64,000 nt of DNA from Acidobacteriota bacterium (GCA_965209055.1 OZ242374.1:3744001-3808000); one strand, 5' to 3'. Positions 49,706-59,541 are shown, numbered from the stretch's first letter. Made by a program: numbers and translations. The notes: generated from the sequence alone by a model not told the origin.

Positions 49706-50976
49706 GGTTCCTGGGCCGCCCCCAGGTACCGGTCGGCCCGTTCCAGGTCCGACCGGTTCTTGAGGAAGCGCCGCCGCCGCTTTTTCCGGATCTCCACCAG
49801 CAGGAGCGGATAGTTTCGGGACAGTTCCGCCAGGGCGTCAGCCAGAGGCGACCCGGCTTCGAGGGAGTCCCGCGCCCGGATCTTTCGGGCCCGGTCGCGC
49901 AGTTCCACCAACCGGCTGTAGCCCGTGTGGAAGAAGGACTGCAGGTAGTGGCGCCCGAGTCCGTCCCGGGCCCGGTTCAAGTCTCCTTCGGCCCAGACCT
50001 CCAGTCCCAGGTTGATGCCGGTGAGCGCCTTGCGGATCGCCCGCTTGACCCGGGAGGTCCGGTTGGGAGGGATGAGGTCGGCGGAGAGGATCTTGTTGCA
50101 GACGAAGAACAGCTCCTCCAACAGCGGTTCCAGCTCGTGGGGCCGGGCGAAGGCGGCCATGGCCTGGAAAAGGAGGAGGGGACCCTGCTTCATCCGGGCC
50201 ACTGGTGCGGGCAGGGTGCCTACGGCTCGCAGCTGGTCCCGCATTTTCTCCGGAAGCGGCGTTCCCGGAGGCAGATAGGCATACACGTCCAGGGCGTCGA
50301 AGTAGTCCTGGAAACCCAGGTCCTCGATCCGCCGTTTCCGATTCTGATAGGCGGCCTCCTCCAGTTCGATAGAAGTGCGGTAGCGGGATTCCTGGATCCA
50401 GAGGCGGGTCTCCTCCGGGCCCAGCTCGTACAGCTTCAAAAGCAGGGCGCGGGCGAGCCGGGATTCCTCCGGATTCCTGGGCAACTGGATCAGGTAGGAG
50501 CGGTCCGGGGTCTCCATGAAGTCCCCGTCTGGAGCGGGACCCGGATCGTCGTCCACGATCTCCTCGATCCTGATCCGGCGTTTGAGCCAGAGTTCCAGGA
50601 GTTGCCGGTCGGTGCCCCGGACGATTTTGGCGGCCACCGGGTTCTCGGTTTGGACGATCTGTGCCGCCCAGAAGAGGAACTTCCCGGCGTTGGCGCGGTC
50701 GCGGTTCCAGAGGTCCAGGTCCAGAACGCCCTGCCACTGCGCCTCGGTGATGTGGGGCAACAGCGCCTGGATGCGGTGCTCGCCCAACTCCTTGAGTCCG
50801 AAATAGAGCTGGGGGACGGAAAGGCGCCGAATCCGGGAGCGGTTCTCCGCGGTCTCCAGAAGACCGGCCAGGTCCACCGGGGCGTAGCAGGTCCGGTAGA
50901 TGAGTTCGGAAGGACGGCGGAGCCCCACGGAAGCCAGGGCGGATGCTTTCGGATCCTGATCAGTCACGTGCGTCAT
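49702..50976 (-). CDS. Conserved hypothetical protein (DUF6178-like)
   Basis: LDLDLW.RD, ELEE.AY..R.RR.EDLGF.DY and NKILSAD; family call from memory. Confidence 0.6.
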   Translation of the reverse strand: MTHVTDQDPKASALASVGLRRPSELIYRTCYAPVDLAGLLETAENRSRIRRLSVPQLYFGLKELGEHRIQALLPHITEAQWQGVLDLDLWNRDRANAGKFLFWAAQIVQTENPVAAKIVRGTDRQLLELWLKRRIRIEEIVDDDPGPAPDGDFMETPDRSYLIQLPRNPEESRLARALLLKLYELGPEETRLWIQESRYRTSIELEEAAYQNRKRRIEDLGFQDYFDALDVYAYLPPGTPLPEKMRDQLRAVGTLPAPVARMKQGPLLLFQAMAAFARPHELEPLLEELFFVCNKILSADLIPPNRTSRVKRAIRKALTGINLGLEVWAEGDLNRARDGLGRHYLQSFFHTGYSRLVELRDRARKIRARDSLEAGSPLADALAELSRNYPLLLVEIRKKRRRRFLKNRSDLERADRYLGAAQEP

Positions 50977-50990
50977 TATACGGGAGAGCG

Positions 50991-51659
50991 TTACCGGCTC
51001 CCGGTCTGTTTGGCCGCCAGGTTGTGGGCTTGCCGGATCGGCTCCGGGAGCCGGTAGCGGGGGGTGACGGCTCGGGTCCAGTTCACGCAGGCTTCCAGGG
51101 GCAGCCCGTATCCCACCGAGACGAAGACGGGCCGGACCCCGGTGCGAGTGCGCAGGACCACGCCCAGAAGTTCGTGCCCGTCCAGCAGCGGGCTGAGCGA
51201 TCCCTTGGTCGATCCCGGTTCCTCGTATTCGCCGCAGAGGCGGGTTTTGCCCACGCCGATGGTGGGAATCCCGAGCCACAGGCCCAGGTGGCAGGCGATT
51301 CCGAATCGCCGGGGATGAGCCCGTCCGTGACCGTCCACCAGGATCATCTCCGGCGGCGCCGAGAGCCGGTCCAGGGCCTTCAGGATTGGAGGCAGTTCCC
51401 GAAAGCTCAGCAATCCGGGGACGTACGGGAAGGGCGTGGGTGTGGTGGCCACCACCGATTCCACGAGTTCCAGGGAGGGGAAGGCAAGGACCGCGACGGT
51501 GGCGACGGAGAGGCCGAGCGGGCGGCTGTATCCGACGTCCACGCCGGCGATTTTTCCCGGGTCAGGCAAGGGAAGATCGGTATGGATGCGGGAGCGGAGC
51601 CGCTTCTGGAGTTGGACCGCCTCCTTTGGAGTGAGGTCCCACGAGTGCAGCGGTTCCAT
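50991..51659 (-). CDS. nfi: Endonuclease V
   Basis: AGVDVGY, PFPYVPGLLSFRE, VDGHGRAHPRRFGIACHLG, IGVGK and RLPEPIR. Confidence 0.96.
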   Translation of the reverse strand: MEPLHSWDLTPKEAVQLQKRLRSRIHTDLPLPDPGKIAGVDVGYSRPLGLSVATVAVLAFPSLELVESVVATTPTPFPYVPGLLSFRELPPILKALDRLSAPPEMILVDGHGRAHPRRFGIACHLGLWLGIPTIGVGKTRLCGEYEEPGSTKGSLSPLLDGHELLGVVLRTRTGVRPVFVSVGYGLPLEACVNWTRAVTPRYRLPEPIRQAHNLAAKQTGSR

Positions 51660-51691
51660 GCAACGGGCTCCGGGTCGAATTGGGGACCGCT

Positions 51692-53317
51692 TCAACGCCG
51701 GGGAATGGCCAGCCCCTCTGCGTCGCGGGTATCCCGATAGCGTTTCAACCGGGCATGAATGTCCCGGTACCGGTCGCGGATCTCCGGAGTCAGGGCCGAG
51801 CGGATGGACCCTTCCAGGCGCGCCAGAATCTGCCCGCAGGCGTCGTCGTCGAAGGGGAGCCGTCCGCCCACGTCGACGTAGACCGGGTTGGAGTGAGCCT
51901 CGGTCCCCGGATCTCCGTAGGCCCTGACACCGACCCATCCGCTCCCGGAGACCTGAAGCCGTTCCGCATGGTCCCAGATGCCTCGTCCGTCCGCGTCGAA
52001 GTACCGGGAGACGACCCTGCCGTTCCACACGATCTCCAGGGTCCGGACCGGATAGAGTGGACTTCGGACCCGGGCCTCCAACTCCAGGGCGACGGGTTCG
52101 CCTCCGGAGAAGTGAAGCGATTCTCCGGGACCCTTGCCGTTGACCGAGACCAGGAGCATGGGGCCGCTGGTGACGAAGCTGCGTCCCTGGACCACCCCCT
52201 CCATGAAGCCGCGCGGCGTCGGTTCCGTCTCCGAGAAGACGTAGGTGATGCTGTCTCCCAACTCCCGGCTGTAGGGAAAATCGGACGCGCCCACGATGGG
52301 CCAGCGGTAACCTAGGTTCAGGAAATCGTACCAGCCGTCCAGACCCAGTCCCCGGTAGCCGCCCAGTTGCAGCAACTCCAGGAAGTCCGACTTGCCGGTC
52401 AGGCCCACGTAGTCCGCCTCCAGGCGGTAGTAGCCGCCGTGGTTGAGACCCATGTAACCCCCCAGTTCCCGGGCCTGGTCCCCGATGACGGCCAGTGAGG
52501 GGCCCAGATTGGCGTCGGCGGTCCACCCTGCGGCCGGAACGTAATCCTTGGCCAAAACGACGGTGACGTGCCCCATGGAGGAGTTGCGGTATTCCTGGCC
52601 CGACGACAGGAAATAGCCGCCCCGCCGGACCTCCGACGCCGGACCCAGACCGTGGGCCTGGCGCCACGATTCGAACTCCCGGCCCAGGGCGTAACCGCCC
52701 GTGTTCATGGACAGGCTGTAGGCATAGCGGATGTCCTTGGCGGAAGTGAGCACCAGCAGTTGGTCGTCGTTGCTTCCGTCCCGCTCGAAGTGGATGTGGG
52801 TGTCGCCGGAGTACCAGCCCAGCTCCGCCATGTCGATCCAGCGGGACACGGCGATGGTGGCTTGGCGGACCTCATTCTTCTCCAGCCGGAACACCCGCCG
52901 GCTGCGCTGGTATTCGTATCCTTTTCCCACCTCCACCACGCAGTGGCCGGGAGGGACCCGGACGCTGACGGAGCCGTCGGTGAAGAAGTAGTCGTCGAGC
53001 TTCCGAAACCGCATGGGCCCCTGACGCTCTCCGTTGGTACGCCGCAGCGAGTAGGAGAGATACGGATCCTCCTGAGGCTCCTGGGTGCCTCCGTTGATGC
53101 TGACCGTGGCGCTGACCGGGCGGCCGGTCCGCCCGTCGACGATCCGAAGCTGGAGCGTCGCGGCGTCGGGGCCGGGATCCGGCAGGGGAGGCGGAAGGGG
53201 ACGGTGCTCGCTGATCTGGGCGTAGCGGCGAGTCTGCATGGAGTGGACGAAGGTCAGAAACAGCAACCCCGCAAAGGGGAGAATCAGCCGCAGGCGAATC
53301 CGTCCGGGTCGGCTCAT
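51692..53317 (-). CDS. CehA/McbA-like PHP-type metallohydrolase, membrane-anchored (paralog 2)
   Basis: GWYSGDTHIH, GQEYR, NHGG, WYDFLNLG, ASDFP and AHSNPVYV. Confidence 0.8.
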   Translation of the reverse strand: MSRPGRIRLRLILPFAGLLFLTFVHSMQTRRYAQISEHRPLPPPLPDPGPDAATLQLRIVDGRTGRPVSATVSINGGTQEPQEDPYLSYSLRRTNGERQGPMRFRKLDDYFFTDGSVSVRVPPGHCVVEVGKGYEYQRSRRVFRLEKNEVRQATIAVSRWIDMAELGWYSGDTHIHFERDGSNDDQLLVLTSAKDIRYAYSLSMNTGGYALGREFESWRQAHGLGPASEVRRGGYFLSSGQEYRNSSMGHVTVVLAKDYVPAAGWTADANLGPSLAVIGDQARELGGYMGLNHGGYYRLEADYVGLTGKSDFLELLQLGGYRGLGLDGWYDFLNLGYRWPIVGASDFPYSRELGDSITYVFSETEPTPRGFMEGVVQGRSFVTSGPMLLVSVNGKGPGESLHFSGGEPVALELEARVRSPLYPVRTLEIVWNGRVVSRYFDADGRGIWDHAERLQVSGSGWVGVRAYGDPGTEAHSNPVYVDVGGRLPFDDDACGQILARLEGSIRSALTPEIRDRYRDIHARLKRYRDTRDAEGLAIPRR

Positions 53318-55011
53318 CTCGATGCCGTTCCTTTTGCGGCGACCGGCCCCGCGGCGGACCGGTTTGCTTCAGTTTCTGCGATCCGGGCGGCGGAGGGGAG
53401 CGCCAAGCCTAGCGGATCGCCGGTATCCCGGTAGCGGGCCAGCCGGTCCCGGAGGGTCCGGACCCGGGCCAGCACGCTCTTTGCGGGAATGGCGCGGAGG
53501 GAGGAATCCAGCCGGGCCAGAATCTGGCCGCAGGCGTCGTCGTCAAAGGGGAGCTTGCCGTCGAAATAGACGTAGACGGGATTGGTGTGGGCTTCGGTCC
53601 CGGCGTCGGAATAAGCCCTCACCGCCACCCAGCCGCTGGAAGAGGCTTCGATCCTGCGGCTCAGTTCCCAGTGGGATCGGCCCTCGGCGGCGAAGGCCCG
53701 CGACACGACGCGTCCGTTCCGGATCAGGTCCACGTATCGGACCGGATAAAGGGGACTGGAGACTCGGATCTCCACTTGCAGATCCAAACTGGTTTTCTCC
53801 TTCGCCAGGATCGACTCTCCCGGCCGCTTCCCGTTGACGGTGACCAGGAGCATGGGCCCGGAGGTGGCGAAGCTTTCCCCCCGGAGCAGTCCCTCGATGA
53901 ATCCTCGGGGGGTGGGGGGCTCGGAAGCCCGCACATAAGTGATGCAGTCCCCCAATTCGCGGGTGGCCGGGTAGTCGGAGGCGCCCGCCATGGGCCAGCG
54001 GTAGCCAAGGTTCAGGAAGTCGTACCACCCGTCCAGACCGAGACCCCGATACCCTCCGAACTGGAGCAGTTCCAGGAAGTCCATCTTTCCCGAAAGAGCC
54101 AGGGAGTCCGCCTCCAGACGCGTGTAGCCGCCGTGATTGAGACCGATCACTCCCCCCAGTTCCCGAGCCTGGTCGCCGATGATCCCCAGCGACGGCCCCC
54201 TGTCGGTGTTCGGGGTGTGACCGATTCCCGGGACGTAATCCCGGGCCATGAGGATGGTCGCGTGCCCCAGGGTCCGGGTCCGGTACTCCTGGCCGGAGGT
54301 GAGGAAGTAGGGGCCTCGATTGCGGATTGAGCCCTCGCCCAGGCCGTGGGCCTGATGCCACGACTCGAAAGCTCCTCCCAGCGAGTAGCCCCGCATGTTC
54401 ATGGAGAGGCTGAAGGCGTAGCGGATGTCCCGGGCCGAGGTCAGCGTCAGCAGGCTGTCGTCATTGGTTCCCGTGCGGTCGAAATGGATGTGGGTGTCCC
54501 CGGAGTACCAGCCCAGAGCGGCCATGTCGATCCAGCGGGAGAGGGTGACGGCGGCGTCCAGGACCTGCCCCGGATCCAGTTCGAAGGTGCGGTGCGACGG
54601 AACGTATTCGTAGCCCTTGCGCACCTCCACCGTGCACCGCCCGGGCGGCACCTTCAGACTGAGGGCGCCGTCGGAGTAGAAGTAGTAGTTCAGCGGTCGG
54701 AACCGGATCGGTCCCTTGTGCCGGTTCGCCGAACGCCTCAGCGAATGTTCCAGGTACGCCTCCTCGCCCTCGACGGCTCCTCCGTTGACGCTCACGGTGG
54801 CGCTGACGGGAGTATCCGATCCTCGCTCCACGATCTTCAGGTTCAGGGTCGCCGCGTCGGCTCCGGCCTCCACCGGTGGAGGCGGCGCCGGAGCCGGCAC
54901 TTCGATCTGACGGTGGCGGCTCAGTTGCATGGAGTAGGCGAACGAGATCAGGAGGCTGCCCAGAAACAGGATCCGGAGTCGTTTCACGGCCGGACGGGTC
55001 GGGCTCGTCAT
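53314..55011 (-). CDS. CehA/McbA-like PHP-type metallohydrolase, membrane-anchored (paralog 1)
   Basis: GWYSGDTHIH, GQEYR, NHGG, WYDFLNLG, ASDYP and AHTNPVYV. Confidence 0.8.
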   Translation of the reverse strand: MTSPTRPAVKRLRILFLGSLLISFAYSMQLSRHRQIEVPAPAPPPPVEAGADAATLNLKIVERGSDTPVSATVSVNGGAVEGEEAYLEHSLRRSANRHKGPIRFRPLNYYFYSDGALSLKVPPGRCTVEVRKGYEYVPSHRTFELDPGQVLDAAVTLSRWIDMAALGWYSGDTHIHFDRTGTNDDSLLTLTSARDIRYAFSLSMNMRGYSLGGAFESWHQAHGLGEGSIRNRGPYFLTSGQEYRTRTLGHATILMARDYVPGIGHTPNTDRGPSLGIIGDQARELGGVIGLNHGGYTRLEADSLALSGKMDFLELLQFGGYRGLGLDGWYDFLNLGYRWPMAGASDYPATRELGDCITYVRASEPPTPRGFIEGLLRGESFATSGPMLLVTVNGKRPGESILAKEKTSLDLQVEIRVSSPLYPVRYVDLIRNGRVVSRAFAAEGRSHWELSRRIEASSSGWVAVRAYSDAGTEAHTNPVYVYFDGKLPFDDDACGQILARLDSSLRAIPAKSVLARVRTLRDRLARYRDTGDPLGLALPSAARIAETEANRSAAGPVAAKGTASR

Positions 55012-55030
55012 GTCAGCTTCTCCAAGGGCG

Positions 55031-56338
55031 TCAATCGTCCGCCCGGGCTTCCACTGCCGAAGAGGCCAGGGCGGCGCCGATTCCGGACCCGTCCTTGACC
55101 AGACGGCATTCTATCCGTTCGGCCCGGGATCCGAGGACATTTCGGAACATCCGGCGCATGGCTTCCGGATAACCCGGAGCGTGTTCGAACAGCGAGCCGT
55201 CCACGGTCATCACGTGGTCGTCCTCCAACTTCGGATCGGCCCACTCCGCCGTGGCGATCATGGCCAGCGCACTGAGTTGTGCCGACCGCCTCAGGATCAT
55301 CCGGGCCAGCGAGACCGCCTGCCGCCGCTGCTCCAGGCCATTATCCACCACGCCCGACCCTTCCAGGAAGCGGCGGGTCTCGGGCAGGCCGCCCGCGTCC
55401 GCCGCCAGATGCGAGAGGTCCTCCGCTCCCACGGCGCCCCGCTTTCCGAATCTCCCCTGCGGATGGATCCCGGCCAAGAGCCGCCGAAGAAGCCCGCCCA
55501 GGTAGCGGCCGGCCACCATCTTCTCGAACCGTTGCTGTCCCGGATTTCGGGACCGCGAGTCCAGGTCCCGGTCGACGGGCGTGAGGACCCGGTTCCGAAG
55601 CGGGCCGAAGTCGAAGTTGCCGCACTCGAAATTGATGGCCGTGGACCCGAGCCAGGCGGCCAGGTTGGTTCCGGTCCCCAGGATTCCCCCGGCGAGGGTC
55701 CGGCGGTCCTGGAAATATCCCAGGATCAAGGTTCCCACCGTGTCGTTCAGCAGAACGTTGACCTTCACTCCTTGCAGACCGGCCTCCCGGCAGGCCCGGG
55801 CCAGTTCGGGGACCGGATCCCGTCCCACCAGGTCGGGGAGGTCCCACTCCTTGGTCCATTTCAGGAGGACGCCCCGGTCCGCCGACTCCATGCGGGTGGG
55901 AAAGGCGAAGGTGAACCCCACCCGGAGGCCGGAGGCGGCGACCCCCTCCTCCTCCAAAGTCCGGGCGATGCCGCCGGCGAGGAATCGAAAGAGGTCCCGT
56001 GAATGGACCTCGCGTCCCGCCTCTCCCCCCTTGAGCTTCGAAGGAATGGGAAAGATCCGGATTCGGGGGCTCCCGGCGAGACTCTGATCCGGGTCGACCG
56101 AGAGCACCACCACCCGGAAGTTGGTTCCGCTCAGGTCCAGACCCACGTAGGTTCCGGGGTGGAAACGGGCCGTTTTGGGAATGAAGGTCCGGATCATGGC
56201 CAGGGAACCGGAGCGTTCCGCCGCCAGTCCCAAGTCCATCTGACGCTTGAATTCATCGATGATGGAACGGGCCGTCGCCGGCGTTGAAAGGTCCCAACTC
56301 CGGGCCGGGGAACCGTCTTCTGCGGGGTGGGAAACCAA
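55031..56338 (-). CDS. Eukaryote-type hexokinase (Hexokinase_1/2 fold)
   Basis: LDLSGTNFRV, GFTFAFP, LKWTK, LLNDTVGTL, ILGTGTN, INFECGNF, SRNPGQQRFEKMVAGRYLG, VDGSLF and DGSGIGAAL; start uncertain (TTG 56338). Confidence 0.9.
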   Translation of the reverse strand: MVSHPAEDGSPARSWDLSTPATARSIIDEFKRQMDLGLAAERSGSLAMIRTFIPKTARFHPGTYVGLDLSGTNFRVVVLSVDPDQSLAGSPRIRIFPIPSKLKGGEAGREVHSRDLFRFLAGGIARTLEEEGVAASGLRVGFTFAFPTRMESADRGVLLKWTKEWDLPDLVGRDPVPELARACREAGLQGVKVNVLLNDTVGTLILGYFQDRRTLAGGILGTGTNLAAWLGSTAINFECGNFDFGPLRNRVLTPVDRDLDSRSRNPGQQRFEKMVAGRYLGGLLRRLLAGIHPQGRFGKRGAVGAEDLSHLAADAGGLPETRRFLEGSGVVDNGLEQRRQAVSLARMILRRSAQLSALAMIATAEWADPKLEDDHVMTVDGSLFEHAPGYPEAMRRMFRNVLGSRAERIECRLVKDGSGIGAALASSAVEARADD

Positions 56339-56340
56339 AT

Positions 56341-56856
56341 TTACATTCCCGGCGGGTTCTCGTCGGCCGAGGGACCGTAGAGGGCGGGGACTGGGATGTC
56401 GTTGAGCCGCAGGTAGACTCCCAGTTGGGCGCGGTGGTGAATCAGGTGATTCATGACGAAGCTCCGCAATACCGCGATTTTGGGCATGCTGAATATGGTG
56501 ACGCCGTTTTTGAGGAGCGACCAGGGCGCCAGGAAGGCCGCGTCGTCGGCGCCGGCGATGGCGGCGCGCGCCTCCCGGACGTGCTGGTCGAATTCGGCGA
56601 GCATCTGGTCCACACTCGTGGGAGCCGGGGGTTGCGGGAGGGGTTTCCCATCGGGCATGAGGTCCAGCTCGCCCTCCTGGATGGTGAGGGTGGCCCAATA
56701 GGGGATGTTGGCCAGGTGACCCGCCAGCCAGATCATGCTTCCGGACTTGGCGTGCGGTTTCCAGTCGAACCGGTCTTCCGGAACCCGCTCCAGGGTCCTG
56801 CGGGCGCCGTCCATCTCCTGGTCGAACTCGGGCAACAAGGCTTCGCTGATGGACAT
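56341..56856 (-). CDS. DinB/YfiT-family protein
   Basis: WKPHAKS…LAGHL and NHLIHHRAQLGVYLRLND..VP..YGPSADE. Confidence 0.9.
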   Translation of the reverse strand: MSISEALLPEFDQEMDGARRTLERVPEDRFDWKPHAKSGSMIWLAGHLANIPYWATLTIQEGELDLMPDGKPLPQPPAPTSVDQMLAEFDQHVREARAAIAGADDAAFLAPWSLLKNGVTIFSMPKIAVLRSFVMNHLIHHRAQLGVYLRLNDIPVPALYGPSADENPPGM

Positions 56857-56963
56857 CTTTTGACACCTCCGTGGGCCGGCGGCTCCGGGGACCTTGTCCG
56901 CCGAGGCCGTTCTCCGGCAGAATCTCTCAAAGATCGGAAAAGGGGTCAATCGGAAAACACATC

Positions 56964-57923
56964 ATGTCTGTTCGGATCACCCCGCCTGCCGAGTTCGGAC
57001 TCCGTTCGGAAGCTCCCCTGGCTCCCCTGACCACCCTGGCCATCGGAGGAGACAGCCGTTGGCTGCTGGAACTGCGCGACCCGGGCCTGCTGGACACCGC
57101 CTGGAACTGGGCCCGGAGCCAGGGCCTGCCGGTGCTTTTCCTGGGAGCGGGAAGCAATGTCCTCTTTTCGGACGCCGGATACGACGGCTTGGTGATTCGG
57201 AATCGCCTCCGGGGGCGGGAGCGCGCCGGAAACGAGGTGCGGGTCTCGGGAGGGGAGGACCTGGGGGAGACCATCCGTTGGGTCAACCGGCTCGGTCTGG
57301 CCGGGATGGAGCGCCTCTACGGCATTCCCGGAACCGTGGCCGGAGCCGTGGTGGGCAACGCGGGCGCCTACGGGCAGGAGATCGGGGGCCGAATCCGGGA
57401 GGTGTCCTTCTGGTCGCCGGAGGAGGGGGTGACGACCCTCCCCGCTTCGGCCTTGGACTTCCGTTATCGCCACAGTCGCTTCAAGGAGCGTCGGGAGTGG
57501 TTTCTGCTCTCCTGCACCCTGGCCCTGGAGGCGGCCTCGGAGCCGCTTCAGCCGGTCTCGGACCAGATCCTGGCCACCCGTCTGGCCAAGTACCCGGTGG
57601 GGTTGAAATGCCCGGGCAGCTTCTTCAAAAACGTGATCGCGGACGAACTCGATCCTCAGGGTCTGAGCCGGATTCCCGAGGATTTCATTTTTTACGGGAA
57701 GATACCGGCCGGCAAACTCCTGGACGAGGTGGGCGCCCGGGGGCGGCGGATGGGAGGCGCCCTCATCGCGAGTCATCATGCCAACCTGTTCGTCAACGAA
57801 GAAGGCGCAGCCAGCCGTGATATGCTGGCTCTGGCCCGGAAATACTCGAATCGGGTCCGTGAGAAATTCGACATCGAGTTGGAACCGGAAATCCTGATCG
57901 TCAGTCCAAACCAATGGCGTTGA
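56964..57923 (+). CDS. murB: UDP-N-acetylmuramate dehydrogenase
   Basis: GAGSNVL, GIPGTVAGAV.GNAGAYG, FRYRHS, GSFFKN, HANLFVN and LEPEI. Confidence 0.94.
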   Translation: MSVRITPPAEFGLRSEAPLAPLTTLAIGGDSRWLLELRDPGLLDTAWNWARSQGLPVLFLGAGSNVLFSDAGYDGLVIRNRLRGRERAGNEVRVSGGEDLGETIRWVNRLGLAGMERLYGIPGTVAGAVVGNAGAYGQEIGGRIREVSFWSPEEGVTTLPASALDFRYRHSRFKERREWFLLSCTLALEAASEPLQPVSDQILATRLAKYPVGLKCPGSFFKNVIADELDPQGLSRIPEDFIFYGKIPAGKLLDEVGARGRRMGGALIASHHANLFVNEEGAASRDMLALARKYSNRVREKFDIELEPEILIVSPNQWR

Positions 57924-59206
57924 CCGCGATAGACACCCACCGGGCGCCCACACGCAAGTTCCTCATCGAGGGGGGATACACCCTCTACGGCGACTACCCG
58001 GTCCAGGGCAACAAGAATGCCGCCCTGCCGCTGATCTGCGCCGCCCTGCTGGCCCGTTCCCGGGTGGTTTTGAACCGCGTCCCCCGCATCGACGACGTGG
58101 AGAACCTCCTCCGGCTGGTCCGGGTCGTGGGCGTGGAGGCGGAATGGCAGGAAGAGAACCTCCACCTGGACTCCAGCGCTCTGAAACCGGAGCAGCTTCC
58201 CGCCGATCTGGTGGAGAAGCTCCGGGGCGCCATCCTGCTTCTGAGTCCCTTGGCCGCCGCCTTCGACCGTGTCTCCTGCGTCAGTCCCGGCGGCTGTCCA
58301 ATCGGACGGCGCTCCTTCGACGTCCACTGGTCGGTCCTGGAAGCGGCCGGCTTCCGGGTTCGGGAGGACAGTTCCTCCATCGACATCTTCAAGAGCCGTC
58401 AGGTGGAAGACCCGGTGGTCTACCTGGAGGAGGCGTCGGTCACGGCCACGGAGAACGCCCTGATCCTGTTCGCCGCATTGGGGGGCGGGACGATCCGCAA
58501 TCCGGCCCGCGAGCCGCACGTCCTGGCCGTGGTGGATTTCCTGCGGAATCTGGGTTGCCGCATCGAGCTCCACCCCCTCTACTACCGGGTGCTCAACGGC
58601 GTCGGCGAACCGGGGGAGGAGGTCGAATTCGACGTGCCGCCGGACTACATCGACGCCGGCACTCTGGCCATCGCCACTGCCGTGACCCACGGGTCGGTTC
58701 GTCTCCTGGGTGTCGGACAGCAGGACCTCATGGGCGTCATCCCCGTTCTGGAGCGGTTCGGAATCGAGTTTCGGGACTGCGAAGGAGGTCTGCAGGTCGA
58801 GGCCTCCAGAATGGTCAGTCCCTCGCAGCTCACCGCCGGTCCGTGGCCGCTGTTCCCCACCGACCTGGTGTCGCTGGTGATCGTGTTGGCGACTCAGGCC
58901 CAGGGCCTGTGCCTGGTCCACGACTGGATGTACGAGGCCCGGATGTTCTTCGTGGACAAGCTGGTGCGGATGGGCGCCCGGATCACCATGTGCGATCCCC
59001 ATCGGGTTCTGGTGGAAGGCCCGCGCCGGCTCCGCGGCAAGCAACTGGAGTCTCCCGACATCCGGGCCGGCATGGCGCTGCTGGTAGCCGGCCTGTGCGC
59101 CCAGGGAGACACGCGAATCGAGCACGCCGAGGTGGTGCTGCGGGGTTACGAAAACGTGGTGGGCAGGCTGCGCGGCGTCGGCGCCCGGATCCGAGGCGAG
59201 AGCTAG
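57914..59206 (+). CDS. murA: UDP-N-acetylglucosamine 1-carboxyvinyltransferase
   Basis: KNAALP, PGGCPIGRR (active-site Cys), SVTATEN, AREP, FPTD, DIRAG and RGYE. Confidence 0.94.
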   Translation: MALTAIDTHRAPTRKFLIEGGYTLYGDYPVQGNKNAALPLICAALLARSRVVLNRVPRIDDVENLLRLVRVVGVEAEWQEENLHLDSSALKPEQLPADLVEKLRGAILLLSPLAAAFDRVSCVSPGGCPIGRRSFDVHWSVLEAAGFRVREDSSSIDIFKSRQVEDPVVYLEEASVTATENALILFAALGGGTIRNPAREPHVLAVVDFLRNLGCRIELHPLYYRVLNGVGEPGEEVEFDVPPDYIDAGTLAIATAVTHGSVRLLGVGQQDLMGVIPVLERFGIEFRDCEGGLQVEASRMVSPSQLTAGPWPLFPTDLVSLVIVLATQAQGLCLVHDWMYEARMFFVDKLVRMGARITMCDPHRVLVEGPRRLRGKQLESPDIRAGMALLVAGLCAQGDTRIEHAEVVLRGYENVVGRLRGVGARIRGES

Positions 59207-59218
59207 CCGGTGTCCCGG

Positions 59219-59386
59219 ATGCTCCTCCGCAAGACTCTGAGGCTGACAGCCGTGGCCGGATGCATCGTCCTGGCCAACTTCTGGCCACCCTGCAGCTACC
59301 TCATGCTGCCGCATTATCACGAGATCCGGCGGCGCGACGCCGTCGTCCGGGTCGATCCCGATCTGCAGTACTTCGGAGCCATCTGA
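59219..59386 (+). CDS. Small hypothetical protein (55 aa, hydrophobic N-terminus)
   Basis: MLLRKTLRLTAVAGCIVLANFWPPCSYLMLPHYHEIRRRDAVVRVDPDLQYFGAI*; fills the gap after murA and overlaps the next ORF by TGATG. Confidence 0.45.
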   Translation: MLLRKTLRLTAVAGCIVLANFWPPCSYLMLPHYHEIRRRDAVVRVDPDLQYFGAI

Positions 59387-59484
59387 TGCCGGTCGACTCG
59401 AATTCCATCCCTTGGAACCGGCTCTACTGGGCGGTGGGCGGATACACCCTCGTCCTGATCTTTCTCCTGTATCTCATCAGTTGA
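59386..59484 (+). CDS. Single-TM small protein preceding the SSS symporter
   Basis: MPVDSNSIPWNRLYWAVGGYTLVLIFLLYLIS*. Confidence 0.65.
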   Translation: MPVDSNSIPWNRLYWAVGGYTLVLIFLLYLIS

Positions 59485-59541
59485 GAGCCGAGAGACCGTG
59501 GTAAATCTCCTGGCCTTTTCCGCTCCCCGCAACGCAGGAAA

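Noticed and set aside
50991-52667. Apparent large N-terminal extensions in the ORF track (nfi 558 aa; also panC, hexokinase, acyl-CoA ligase, MFS, transposase)
   Set aside because: The extensions overlap neighbouring genes or repeats and look like open-frame artefacts; downstream starts give family-typical lengths.
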